NCBI RefSeq assembly: GCF_964019745.1
Contig: NZ_OZ026462.1
Coordinates: forward strand, 30,001 to 62,000
Length of the DNA: 32,000 bases
Origin: Candidatus Saccharimonadota bacterium
GTDB lineage: Bacteria; Pseudomonadota; Gammaproteobacteria; Burkholderiales; Burkholderiaceae
Reading direction: 5' to 3'
Shown: positions 18,138 to 27,902 of the stretch, one piece after another
Layout: each line of letters begins with the position of its first letter
Numbering within the stretch: position 1 is the stretch's first letter
The notes under the pieces: generated by a model
Told to the model about the DNA's origin: nothing
What the model saw: only the letters and a program-made list of their open reading frames with translations
The model's database searches: none
Made by a program: the position numbers and the translations under genes

Positions 18138-19856
18138 ATGCGAGCAAAAAATTTTTTTATTTCTACGATTAAAAATAAAATTATTAATAAAAAAAATATT
18201 AGTTATAAATTAATGATAAAATCAGGAATTATTAAAAAATTAAGCTCTGGAATATACATTTATATGCCTATTGGTTTAAGAATAATTAAAAAAATTAAAA
18301 AAATTATTAGAAAAGAAATGCAAAAATCTGGAGCTCATGAATTATTAATGCCTATTGTACAACCAATAAATTTATGGCAAAAATCTGGAAGATTAGAAAA
18401 ATTAAAATCAGAAATAATTAAATTTAAAGATAGAAATAATAAAAATTATATCTTACAACCTACTTCCGAAGAAGTAATAACATATATTGTTAAAAAAGAA
18501 ATTCAAAGTTATAAACAATTACCAATAAATTTTTTTCATATACAAACTAAATTTAGAGATGAAATAAGACCGAAATTTGGGTTAATAAGAAGTAGAGAAT
18601 TTTTAATGAAAGATGCATATTCTTTTGATAAAAATAAAAAAGGATTATTAAAATCATATAATAATATGTATAATACTTATATACGTATATTTAATAAAAT
18701 AAATTTAAAATTTAAAATTGTATCTGCTGATAATGGTAATATGGGAGGAGAAATTTCTCATGAATTTCATGCTATTTCAAATATAGGAGAAACATTTTTA
18801 ACATATTGTAAAAATTCTAATTTTTTATCAAAATTAGAATTTACAAAAATTTTATATAAAAATAAAATAAGAAAAATTCCTAAAAAAAAAATTAAAAAAA
18901 TTTCTATTTTAGATAAAAATAATAAAAAAAAAATTATTAATAAATTTAAAAAAAAATTTTTAAAATGTATACCTATAATAATTAAAAAAAATATTAAAAA
19001 AAAAAATATGTGGTTAATAATTATTAAATCAAATCATGAATTAAATAAAAAAAAAATACATAAAATATTTAAATTACAAAACTTTCGTATAGCAAATAAA
19101 AAAGAAATTTTTGATTGGTTTGGAGTATCTAAAAAATTTATAGGTCCTATAAAAACAAAAAAACCAATAAAAATTTTAATAAATAAAGATATATATAGTA
19201 TGCGTGACTTTATTTGTGGTGCAAATGAAGAGAATATGTTCTTTACAGGTGTAAATTGGGAAAGAGATATAAAAGATAAATTATTTATAAAAGATATAAG
19301 AAATGCCATAAATGGTGATTTATCACCAGATAAACAAGGAATTTTAAAAATATGTAGAGGAATAGAAATTGGACATATATTTCAAATAGGAAAATTTTAT
19401 TCAAAATTAATAAATTCTATGTATATTAATAAATTAGGAAAAAAAAAATTTTTTCATATGGGATGTTATGGAATAGGAATAACTAGAATATTAAGTGTAA
19501 TAATAGAACAAAATTTTGATGAAAAAGGGATAATATGGCCTAATTTAATATCTCCTTTTAATTTAGTAATATGCCCTATAAATTTTCATAATAATAAACA
19601 AATAAAATTTTATACAAAAAAAATATATAAAAAATTACTATTATTAAATATAGATGTTATACTTGATGATAGAAATATTAAAATTGGTTCTATTTTATCA
19701 GATTGGGAATTAATAGGAATACCACATTTTATAATTATAGGAAATAATTATATTAAATATAATAAAATTGATTATAAAAATAGATTAAACTTAAAAAAAA
19801 TTAATTTAATTAAAAAAGAAAAAATTATAAATTTTTTAAAAAAAAAAATAATTTAA
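18138..19856 (+). CDS. proS: Proline--tRNA ligase (bacterial type with insertion domain)
   Basis: LQPTSEEV, FRDEIRPKFGLIRSREFLMKDAYSF, GIEIGHIFQIG, GCYGIGITR and a C-terminal anticodon-binding domain. Length 572 aa. Confidence 0.93.
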   Translation: MRAKNFFISTIKNKIINKKNISYKLMIKSGIIKKLSSGIYIYMPIGLRIIKKIKKIIRKEMQKSGAHELLMPIVQPINLWQKSGRLEKLKSEIIKFKDRNNKNYILQPTSEEVITYIVKKEIQSYKQLPINFFHIQTKFRDEIRPKFGLIRSREFLMKDAYSFDKNKKGLLKSYNNMYNTYIRIFNKINLKFKIVSADNGNMGGEISHEFHAISNIGETFLTYCKNSNFLSKLEFTKILYKNKIRKIPKKKIKKISILDKNNKKKIINKFKKKFLKCIPIIIKKNIKKKNMWLIIIKSNHELNKKKIHKIFKLQNFRIANKKEIFDWFGVSKKFIGPIKTKKPIKILINKDIYSMRDFICGANEENMFFTGVNWERDIKDKLFIKDIRNAINGDLSPDKQGILKICRGIEIGHIFQIGKFYSKLINSMYINKLGKKKFFHMGCYGIGITRILSVIIEQNFDEKGIIWPNLISPFNLVICPINFHNNKQIKFYTKKIYKKLLLLNIDVILDDRNIKIGSILSDWELIGIPHFIIIGNNYIKYNKIDYKNRLNLKKINLIKKEKIINFLKKKII

Positions 19857-19862
19857 AAAAAA

Positions 19863-21215
19863 TTATTTAATATTAAACATATTTTTTACATCATTAATAA
19901 TTTTATTAATATCATAATCAATATATTTATTCATTACTAATTTTAAATTATTATATTGACTTAATAAATTGTTAACATTTTGTGTGCTTACACCAGCACC
20001 TTTAGCAATACGAATTATTTGTGAAAAACCAATAAGCCTAGGAAATTTTCTTTCTTTTAAAGTCATAGAATTAATTATAACTTCATTAGTTTTAATATGT
20101 TTTAAAATTTCTTTTATATTTATTTTATTATTTTTTATTTTTAATACTCCCATAAGTTTAAAAAATAAATTAGAAAATAAATTTATTTTTTTAACTTTTA
20201 ATATATAAGATTTAAAACTATTAAAATTAAAATTTTGTATTTCTTTTTTATAATCTATTATTTTTTTTTTTTTATTTTTAGTTTTAGTTTTATTTTTTGT
20301 AAATAAAATTTTATTTATTCCAAGAATACGTTTAGACATTAAATCGGGATTAAAAATTTCTAAACCTTCTATTTTTTCAGAATTTCCTATAAATTTTATA
20401 GGTTTTTTTAATGTTTGTGTTACAGATAATGCTACTCCACCTTTAGTATCACTATCTAATTTTGTTAAAATAATTCCAGTAAAAGTAATATAAGTACTAA
20501 AAATATTAGCAATATTTACAGAATCTTGACCTAACATTGCATCAATTATTAATAAAGTTTCAATTGGTTTTGAAAATTCATAAATATTTTTAATTTCTTC
20601 CATCATAAATTTATCAATTATTAAACGTCCAGCAGTATCAATAATTAATAAATCATATTTATGTTTTTTACTATAAGCAATAGCTTCAGCTATTATATTA
20701 ATAGGAGTAGTACTTATATTTTTAAAAAAATCCACATTAGCTTGTTTAGATAATATTTCTAATTGAATTGAAGCAGCAGGGCGATAAAGATCCACAGATA
20801 CATTTAAAATTTTTTTCTTAAAATTAATTTTTAAATATCTTGATAATTTTCCAACTGTAGTAGTTTTACCACAACCTTGTAAACCAACTAATAAAATAAT
20901 ATTAGGTAATAAACCATTAAAATTTAATTTTGTTTCAAATTTATTAAATCTTGAACCTATTATATAAGATAATTCTTTTTGTACTATATTAATCAAAAAT
21001 TCATTAAAATTTAAAAATTTATTTTTTTTTTGCTTAATAGATTTTTTTTTTACTTTTTCAATAAATTCACGTACTACTTGTAAAGAAACATCAGATTCTA
21101 ATAAAATTAAACGAATTTCACGAAGTTTTTCTAAAATATCAGATTTACTTAAAAAAGTTTTTTTTCTTATTGAATTAATAATTTTAGAAAATTTTTTTGT
21201 TAAATTTTTAAACAT
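19863..21215 (-). CDS. ffh: Signal recognition particle protein Ffh
   Basis: N domain, then G domain motifs (GLQGCGKTTTVGK, DTAGR, TKLDSDTKGG) and a C-terminal M domain (INSMTLKER...IAKGAGVS). Length 450 aa. Confidence 0.94.
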   Translation of the reverse strand: MFKNLTKKFSKIINSIRKKTFLSKSDILEKLREIRLILLESDVSLQVVREFIEKVKKKSIKQKKNKFLNFNEFLINIVQKELSYIIGSRFNKFETKLNFNGLLPNIILLVGLQGCGKTTTVGKLSRYLKINFKKKILNVSVDLYRPAASIQLEILSKQANVDFFKNISTTPINIIAEAIAYSKKHKYDLLIIDTAGRLIIDKFMMEEIKNIYEFSKPIETLLIIDAMLGQDSVNIANIFSTYITFTGIILTKLDSDTKGGVALSVTQTLKKPIKFIGNSEKIEGLEIFNPDLMSKRILGINKILFTKNKTKTKNKKKKIIDYKKEIQNFNFNSFKSYILKVKKINLFSNLFFKLMGVLKIKNNKINIKEILKHIKTNEVIINSMTLKERKFPRLIGFSQIIRIAKGAGVSTQNVNNLLSQYNNLKLVMNKYIDYDINKIINDVKNMFNIK

Positions 21216-21494
21216 GAAAATATTTTTTAAAAAAATTATTAATAATATATATATTATATATATAAAAATTAATTAAATATAAATAATTTTTATTATGTAT
21301 ATTATACATATAAAAATAAATTATATATAAATAATATTTATTATATATATTTTTTTTTAAAAAAAAGTATTAAAAAAAATGTTGTTTATGCAAAAAAAAA
21401 ATATATACTATATATATATATATGTATATTAATATATTTATTTATATTAATAAATATTTTAAATAAATAATTAATTTTTTAAAAAAAAAAAAAT

Positions 21495-23903
21495 ATGCAA
21501 AATTACAAAAATAAAAAAATGTATATTTTGAAAAACAATAAAAGCTATATTTTAAATATTAAAAATATAGAAAAAATAATAATTTACGCTTCTAAAGGTT
21601 TAAATAAAACAATAAATATTAATGATATTATTAAAGAAACAATTAATAATATGTATCATAACATGCCTATAGAAGATATATATAAAGCATGTATTTTAGC
21701 TTCTAAATCATTTATAGAAAAAGATCCAGAATATAGTAAACTATCTGCTAGAATATTATTATATGAAATATATTTTAAAATATTTAAAAAAAAAATTAAA
21801 AATATCGATATTAATTTAGAACATATAAAATATTTTACTAAATATATTAAATTAGGAATTAAATATAATTTAATTGATAAAAAATTAAAAAAATTTAATT
21901 TAAAAAAATTAGCACATTCTTTAAAAATTAAAAGAGATTTACAATTTAATTATTTAGGTTTAAAAACTTTATTTGATCGTTATTTTCTTAAAAAAAATGA
22001 AAAAATATTAGAAACTCCTCAAATATTTTTTATGCGAGTAGCAATGGGATTAGCAATAAATGAAAAAAATAAAAATTATTATGCAATAAAATTTTATAAT
22101 TTATTATCATCATTTAACTTTATAACTTCAACACCTACTTTATTTAATTCTGGAACTAAAAAACCACAATTATCTTCTTGTTATATTTCAACAATAAATG
22201 ATAATTTAAAAGAAATTTTTAATTCTATAAAAGAAAATGCATTATTATCAAAATATGCAGGAGGATTAGGAAATGATTGGACACCTGTAAGATCTTTAGG
22301 AGCATATATAAAAGGAATAAATGGAAAATCTAGTGGTATAATACCATTTTTAAAAATAGTAAATGATACAGCTATAGCTGTAAGTCAAGGAGGAAAAAGA
22401 AAAGGCGCTGTATGCGTATATTTAGAAACATGGCATCTAGATATTGAAGAATTTCTTGAATTACGTAAAAATACCGGAGATGATAGAAGACGTACCCATG
22501 ATATAAATACAGCAAATTGGATACCTGATTTATTTATGAAAAGAGTTATAAAAGAAAAAAATTGGACATTATTTTCACCTTCTGATGTTCCAGATTTACA
22601 TGAAAAATTTGGTAAAGATTTTGAAATAACATATAAAAAATATGAAAAACAAACACAAACAGGAATAATAAAATTATTTAAAATAGTAAAAGCAAAAAAT
22701 TTATGGAGAAAAATGTTGTCTATGTTATTTGAAACTGGTCATCCTTGGATAACATTTAAAGATACATGTAATATAAGATCACAACAACAACATATTGGTA
22801 TAATACATAGTTCTAATTTATGTACTGAAATAACTTTAAATACAAATTCTTCAGAAATTGCTGTATGTAATTTAGGATCTATAAATTTACCAGCACATTT
22901 AATTAATAATAAAATAAATCATAAAAAATTAAAAAAAACTATAAATATAGCTATGAGAATGTTAGATAATGTTATAGATATAAATTATTATCCTGTTAAT
23001 AAAACAAAAAAATCTAATTTAAATCATAGACCAGTAGGTTTAGGAATTATGGGGTTTCAAGATTGTTTATATATTAAAAAAATTTCTTATGCTTCTAAAG
23101 AAGCTATGAAATTTGCAGATAATTTAATGGAAATTATTAGTTATTATACTATTTTAGCTTCAACAAAACTTTCAAAAGAAAAAGGTTTTTATAAATCCTA
23201 TAATGGATCTTTATGGCAACAAGGTATTTTACCAATAGATACTATTTTAAAATTAAAAAAAAAAAGAAAAAAATTTTTAAATGTTAATTTATCAATATCT
23301 TTAGATTGGGATAATTTAAGAAAAAAAATTCTTAAATATGGAATGAGAAATTCTAATTGTTTAGCTATAGCTCCTACTTCTACAATATCAAATATTATAA
23401 ATGTAACAGCTTCAATAGAACCAAATTACGGAAATTTATATACAAAATCTAATTTATCAGGTGAATTTATAGAAATAAATGAATATTTAGTAAATGATTT
23501 AAAAAAACTTAATTTATGGGATAAACAAATGATAAATGATTTAAAATATTTTAATGGAAATTTAAAAAATATTAAAAGAATACCTGAAGAATTAAAAAAA
23601 ATATATCTTACTTGTTTTGAAATAGATCCATCATGGTTAATTGAAGCAGCTTCAAGAAGACAAAAATGGATAGATCAATCACAATCATTAAATATATATT
23701 TATCTTATATAACTTCAGGAAAAAAATTAGATGAAATATATAAATTAGCATGGTTAAAAGGTTTAAAAACTACTTATTATCTTCGTAGTTTAGGCGCTAC
23801 TCATGCCGAAAGATCAACTTTAAAAATTGGTGAACTTAATAAAGTGCCAATATATAAAAAATGTTTTAGTAAAAAAATTGAAACTTGTGAAGCTTGTCAA
23901 TAA
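21495..23903 (+). CDS. nrdA: Ribonucleoside-diphosphate reductase (class Ia) alpha subunit
   Basis: Colinear with E. coli NrdA. Motifs seen: PTLFNSGT...QLSSCY, GGKRKGA, the catalytic SSNLCTEI, and a C-terminal redox Cys pair (ETCEACQ). It is followed by nrdB. Confidence 0.94.
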   Translation: MQNYKNKKMYILKNNKSYILNIKNIEKIIIYASKGLNKTININDIIKETINNMYHNMPIEDIYKACILASKSFIEKDPEYSKLSARILLYEIYFKIFKKKIKNIDINLEHIKYFTKYIKLGIKYNLIDKKLKKFNLKKLAHSLKIKRDLQFNYLGLKTLFDRYFLKKNEKILETPQIFFMRVAMGLAINEKNKNYYAIKFYNLLSSFNFITSTPTLFNSGTKKPQLSSCYISTINDNLKEIFNSIKENALLSKYAGGLGNDWTPVRSLGAYIKGINGKSSGIIPFLKIVNDTAIAVSQGGKRKGAVCVYLETWHLDIEEFLELRKNTGDDRRRTHDINTANWIPDLFMKRVIKEKNWTLFSPSDVPDLHEKFGKDFEITYKKYEKQTQTGIIKLFKIVKAKNLWRKMLSMLFETGHPWITFKDTCNIRSQQQHIGIIHSSNLCTEITLNTNSSEIAVCNLGSINLPAHLINNKINHKKLKKTINIAMRMLDNVIDINYYPVNKTKKSNLNHRPVGLGIMGFQDCLYIKKISYASKEAMKFADNLMEIISYYTILASTKLSKEKGFYKSYNGSLWQQGILPIDTILKLKKKRKKFLNVNLSISLDWDNLRKKILKYGMRNSNCLAIAPTSTISNIINVTASIEPNYGNLYTKSNLSGEFIEINEYLVNDLKKLNLWDKQMINDLKYFNGNLKNIKRIPEELKKIYLTCFEIDPSWLIEAASRRQKWIDQSQSLNIYLSYITSGKKLDEIYKLAWLKGLKTTYYLRSLGATHAERSTLKIGELNKVPIYKKCFSKKIETCEACQ

Positions 23904-23951
23904 AACAAGTAAAAATTTTTAAAAATTTTATTTTTTTTTATAATTTAACAT

Positions 23952-24989
23952 ATGAAAAAATTCCAAAGTATTAGAAGAATTGATGTAACAAAAAAACGTA
24001 TTATTAATGGTAAAACTGATGTAAATCAATTAATACCCTTTAAATATAAATGGGCTTGGCAAAAATATTTACAAAGTTGTTCAAATCATTGGATGCCTAA
24101 TGAAATTAATATGCAAAAAGATATTGAACAATGGAAAAATCCAACTTTTTTATCAAAAGATGAACGTCATTTAATAAAAAGAAATTTAGGTTTTTTCGTT
24201 ACTGCTGATTCATTAGCAGCTAATAATATTGTTTTAGGTACATATAGACATATAACTGCTCCAGAATGTAGACAATATTTACTTAGACAAGCTTTTGAAG
24301 AATCAGTACATACACATGCATATCAATATATAGTAGAATCTTTAGGTTTAGATGAATTAGAAATTTTTAATTCTTATCATGAAATTAAATCTATAAAAGA
24401 AAAAGATGAATTTTTAATTCCTTTTATAGACACATTAACAAATCCAAAATTTAATACTGGAACTATTAAAAATGATAAAAATTTATTAAAATCATTAATA
24501 ATTTTTGCTTGTATTATGGAAGGTCTTTTTTTTTATATTGGATTTGCTCAAATTTTAGCTTTAGGAAGACAAAATAAAATGCCTGCTACATCAGAACAAT
24601 ATCAATATATTTTAAGAGATGAATCTATGCATTGTAATTTTGGTATTGATTTAATTAATACTATTAAAATTGAAAATCCTCATTTATGGACTAAAAAATT
24701 TAAAAAAGAAATAAAATTATTATTTTTAAAAGCTGTAAAATTAGAAGATAAATATGCAGATGATACAATGCCTAGAGGCATTTTAGGAATTAATTCCGAA
24801 ACATTTAAAAATTATTTAAGATATATTGCAAATAGACGTTTAAAACAAATTGGAATAGAAAAAATGTTTAATCAAATAATTAATCCATTTCCTTGGATAA
24901 GTGAAACAATAGATTTAAAAAAATCAAAAAATTTTTTTGAAACTAGAAATATTGAATATCAAACTAGTAATATATTAAAATGGGATTAA
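23952..24989 (+). CDS. nrdB: Ribonucleoside-diphosphate reductase beta subunit
   Basis: Di-iron and radical-site motifs [22 protein letters not shown] and [10 protein letters not shown]. Length 345 aa. Confidence 0.94.
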   Translation: MKKFQSIRRIDVTKKRIINGKTDVNQLIPFKYKWAWQKYLQSCSNHWMPNEINMQKDIEQWKNPTFLSKDERHLIKRNLGFFVTADSLAANNIVLGTYRHITAPECRQYLLRQAFEESVHTHAYQYIVESLGLDELEIFNSYHEIKSIKEKDEFLIPFIDTLTNPKFNTGTIKNDKNLLKSLIIFACIMEGLFFYIGFAQILALGRQNKMPATSEQYQYILRDESMHCNFGIDLINTIKIENPHLWTKKFKKEIKLLFLKAVKLEDKYADDTMPRGILGINSETFKNYLRYIANRRLKQIGIEKMFNQIINPFPWISETIDLKKSKNFFETRNIEYQTSNILKWD

Positions 24990-25020
24990 TAAAAAAAAAA
25001 TTTATATATAAAAATAAAAT

Positions 25021-25584
25021 ATGTTAACAATAAAAAGAATTATAAATTTTTTACTTTTACTTTTAATTTTAAGATTTTTTTTAGAAAAACAAATTGAAAA
25101 ATGCAAAAATAATGTTCCTATACCAAATTTTATTAATTTTTTTGTTAATGAAATTTCTTATTGGTTTACTAGACCATTAAATATTTTTATTAAAAAAATT
25201 TATAAAGAAAAAAAAGAATGGACAAATACTATTTGTTGTTTTTTTTCCATAAACTTATTTGTTCTTTATTATTACGGTTATTATTTACGTTATAATATAT
25301 ATCTTATTACTACTATTTCAACATTAATTTTTATAAAATATTTTTTAGATATAATGTCATTTATAATGATATTAGAAATAATAATAAATTTTCTAAAACC
25401 TTTTTCTAATTTAAATTATTTTATTTATTTAATAAATTTTAACATTTTAAAAAAAATACAAATATTTAATAACACTACAACTATTTTAGGTGTTAATATT
25501 AATTTATTAATTTATTTTATTTTAATAAAAATAATTAATTATTTTTTAAATAAATTTATAGCAACGAATATATATAATGTTTAA
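25021..25584 (+). CDS. Putative YggT-family integral membrane protein
   Basis: 187 aa with about four hydrophobic helices. There is weak two-repeat similarity to beta-proteobacterial YggT (NP....T.PL...I.. then ..LGVNINLLIYFILI versus GGIDLSPILLFVIV), and the length is similar. The assignment is tentative. Confidence 0.5.
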   Translation: MLTIKRIINFLLLLLILRFFLEKQIEKCKNNVPIPNFINFFVNEISYWFTRPLNIFIKKIYKEKKEWTNTICCFFSINLFVLYYYGYYLRYNIYLITTISTLIFIKYFLDIMSFIMILEIIINFLKPFSNLNYFIYLINFNILKKIQIFNNTTTILGVNINLLIYFILIKIINYFLNKFIATNIYNV

Positions 25585-25925
25585 TTATTATCAAAACGAT
25601 CTTTTTTTTCTTGAAATCCAGATTTATTTTTTCTTCTTAATAATTCTAAAAATAAATTTTTATTTTTAATCTTAAATTTAAATAACATTATAGAAAAATG
25701 ATATAATAAATCTGAACATTCATAAATCAATTCTTTATTATTATTATCAATCCTGGAATTTTTAGCCGCTAAAATAACTTCCGTTAATTCTTCACCTATT
25801 TTTTTTAAAATAAAATCATCATTTTTATTTAATAAATATAAAGTATAAGAATTTTTAATAGTATTATTTTTAGATTCTTTTTTTTTTTTTATTAACTTTT
25901 CTAAAAAATTTAAAATATTATTCAT
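25581..25925 (-). CDS. hisE: Phosphoribosyl-ATP pyrophosphatase
   Basis: SYTLYLLNKNDDFILKKIGEELTEVILAAKN...ELIYECSDLLYHFSIML matches HisE. It is the last gene of the his operon. Confidence 0.9.
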   Translation of the reverse strand: MNNILNFLEKLIKKKKESKNNTIKNSYTLYLLNKNDDFILKKIGEELTEVILAAKNSRIDNNNKELIYECSDLLYHFSIMLFKFKIKNKNLFLELLRRKNKSGFQEKKDRFDNN

Positions 25926-25961
25926 ATTTTTTTTTTATAAATTTTATATATTTTTAAAATA

Positions 25962-26303
25962 TTATAGTAATCTTATAAAAAAACAAGAATAATTACCCGT
26001 ATGACAAGCAGTTTTTTTTTTTTGTGTAATTTTTAATAAAATAGAATCTTTATCACAATCTAATATTATTTCATGAACTTTTTGAAAATGTCCAGATTTT
26101 TCTCCTTTGATCCAAATTTTTTTTCTAGATCGACTCCAATAAACCGCATTTTTTGTATAAATAGTTTTTATTAATGCTTCTTTATTCATCCAAGCAAGCA
26201 TTAAAATATTTTTAGAATTAATTTCTTGAGCTATAGCTGGAATTAATCCAAATTTATCCCATTTTATTTTTTTTAAAAACTTTTCTCGAAAAAATAAATT
26301 CAA
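25962..26303 (-). CDS. hisI: Phosphoribosyl-AMP cyclohydrolase
   Basis: GLIPAIAQE...[11 protein letters not shown]...[24 protein letters not shown]...[11 protein letters not shown]...ACHTG..SCFF matches HisI. Confidence 0.93.
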   Translation of the reverse strand: MNLFFREKFLKKIKWDKFGLIPAIAQEINSKNILMLAWMNKEALIKTIYTKNAVYWSRSRKKIWIKGEKSGHFQKVHEIILDCDKDSILLKITQKKKTACHTGNYSCFFIRLL

Positions 26304-26306
26304 TTT

Positions 26307-27068
26307 TTATAATCTAACAGGAATATTATTTTCTAATAAAAATTTTTTTGCATCTTGTATAGAAAATTTACCATAATGAAAAATACTTGCTGCTAAAACA
26401 GCATCAACTTTTCCAAGTTTTATCCCATCAACTAAATGTTGTAATTTACCAACACCACCTGAAGCAATAACTGGAATTGTTGTAAATTTTGAAATAAAAG
26501 ATAATAAAGAAATATCAAAACCATTATAAGTTCCATCTCTATCCATACTAGTAATTAATAATTCTCCTGCTCCTAATTTAATAATTTTTTTAATCCATTT
26601 TTTAACATTAATACCAGTAGGTACATGACCACCATGAGAAAAAACTTCCCAAAAATTATTAATATTTTTTTTTACATCAATAGCCACTACTACACATTGA
26701 GAACCATATTTTTTAGAAATTTCTAAAAGTAAAGAAGGATTATAAATAACAGATGTATTAACACAAATTTTATCAGCACCAGAATTAAATAATTTATTAA
26801 CATCTTTAATATTTTTAATTCCTCCACCAACTGTTAAAGGAATAAAAATTTTTTTAGCTACATTTTCTATTATTTCTAAAATTAATTCTCTTTTTTCTAA
26901 AGAAGCAGTTATATCTAAAAAAACTATTTCATCTGCTCCTTGATCATTATAAATATTTGCAATCTCAACTGGATCTCCTGCATCTTTTAAACTTTTAAAA
27001 TTTATACCTTTAACAACACGTTTATTTTTTATATCAAGACAAGGAATAACTCTTTTAACTAAATTCAT
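26307..27068 (-). CDS. hisF: Imidazole glycerol phosphate synthase cyclase subunit
   Basis: KRVIPCLDIKN.RVVKG, AGDPVE, GADEIVFLDITAS, LTVGGGI, SMDRDGT..GFD and ASGG. Length 253 aa. Confidence 0.95.
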   Translation of the reverse strand: MNLVKRVIPCLDIKNKRVVKGINFKSLKDAGDPVEIANIYNDQGADEIVFLDITASLEKRELILEIIENVAKKIFIPLTVGGGIKNIKDVNKLFNSGADKICVNTSVIYNPSLLLEISKKYGSQCVVVAIDVKKNINNFWEVFSHGGHVPTGINVKKWIKKIIKLGAGELLITSMDRDGTYNGFDISLLSFISKFTTIPVIASGGVGKLQHLVDGIKLGKVDAVLAASIFHYGKFSIQDAKKFLLENNIPVRL

Positions 27069-27095
27069 AATATTTATAAACTTATAATCTATATT

Positions 27096-27862
27096 TTATA
27101 AAGGAAAATAATTATTAATAACTTTTTGAGCAATTTTTAAATTTAATGTACCTTCATAAATAGATCTACCACAAATTATACCTTTAATATTATTACATTT
27201 TAAATTACAAATATCTTCAATATCTTCAATATTATATACACCTCCAGAAACAATAATAGATTTAGAAATTGACTTACTTAAAAGTAAAATATTCTTAATA
27301 TTTACACCACTCATCATACCATCTTTTTTAATATCTGTATATATAATACAATTACAACCACAATCTATTATTTTTTTTGCTAAATCTATAAAATTTATAT
27401 ATTTAAAATTTTTCCATCCATCAATAGCAACTAAATCATCTTTAACGTCAAGACTAACTATAATTTTATTAGAAAATTTTGAACATATTTCTCTTAAAAA
27501 ATTAAAACTTTTAATAGCAGCAGTACCAATAATAACTTTAGAAATTCCATTTTTAATATAATCTTCAATAATTTCAATTTGACGTATACCACCACCTAAT
27601 TGAATAGAAATTTTTCTATTTTTATTTTTATAACGAAATTTTTTTATAATTTTTAAAATTTTATAAATATATAAATAATTTTTTGCATATCCAAATAAAG
27701 CCCCATCTAAATCTACTACATGTAAATTATTAAAACCTTGATTTAACCAATGTAAAACTACTTTTCAGGTTTTTTAGAAAATATAGTAATATTATTCATA
27801 TTTCCTTGTTTTAATCTTACACAAAAACCATTTTTTATATCGATAGCTGGAATTAATAACAT
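27096..27862 (-). pseudogene. hisA: hisA (ProFAR isomerase) interrupted by a 1-nt frameshift. It would be intact if one A were added at about 27761-27766.
   Basis: From the ATG at 27862 the frame reads [34 protein letters not shown], then TAG at 27758-60. The rest ([21 protein letters not shown]...QLGGGIR...IIGTAA...DGW...YTDIKKDGMMSGVN...SGGV...GRSIYEG...) is open in another frame down to TAA at 27096. I translated this by hand across 27318-27764. Total length is 767 nt, which is 3n+2. The identity as hisA is certain. Whether it is truly nonfunctional is not established. Confidence 0.8.
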
Positions 27863-27902
27863 ATTTTTTTTAAAAAATTTAAAATATAATATAAATAAAT
27901 AT

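Noticed and set aside
19034-19309. A 91-aa minus-strand ORF inside proS, and a 79-aa plus-strand ORF at 19969-20208 inside ffh
   Set aside because: Both are antisense to conserved genes, low-complexity, and without motifs. Stop codons are depleted on the antisense strand of Lys/Asn/Ile-rich genes.
21379-21432. A 17-codon upstream ORF (MLFMQKKNIYYIYIYVY) before nrdA as a leader peptide
   Set aside because: It is short, composed largely of the (TA)n tract, and has no known precedent for nrd regulation. It is very likely a chance ORF.
27765-27767. UGA-as-Trp recoding as the explanation for the break in hisA
   Set aside because: The downstream frame does have a TGA at this position. However, a TAA follows only three codons further upstream in the same frame (27774-76), and there is no start codon there. 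Recoding alone therefore cannot join the two halves, and a frame change is still required.
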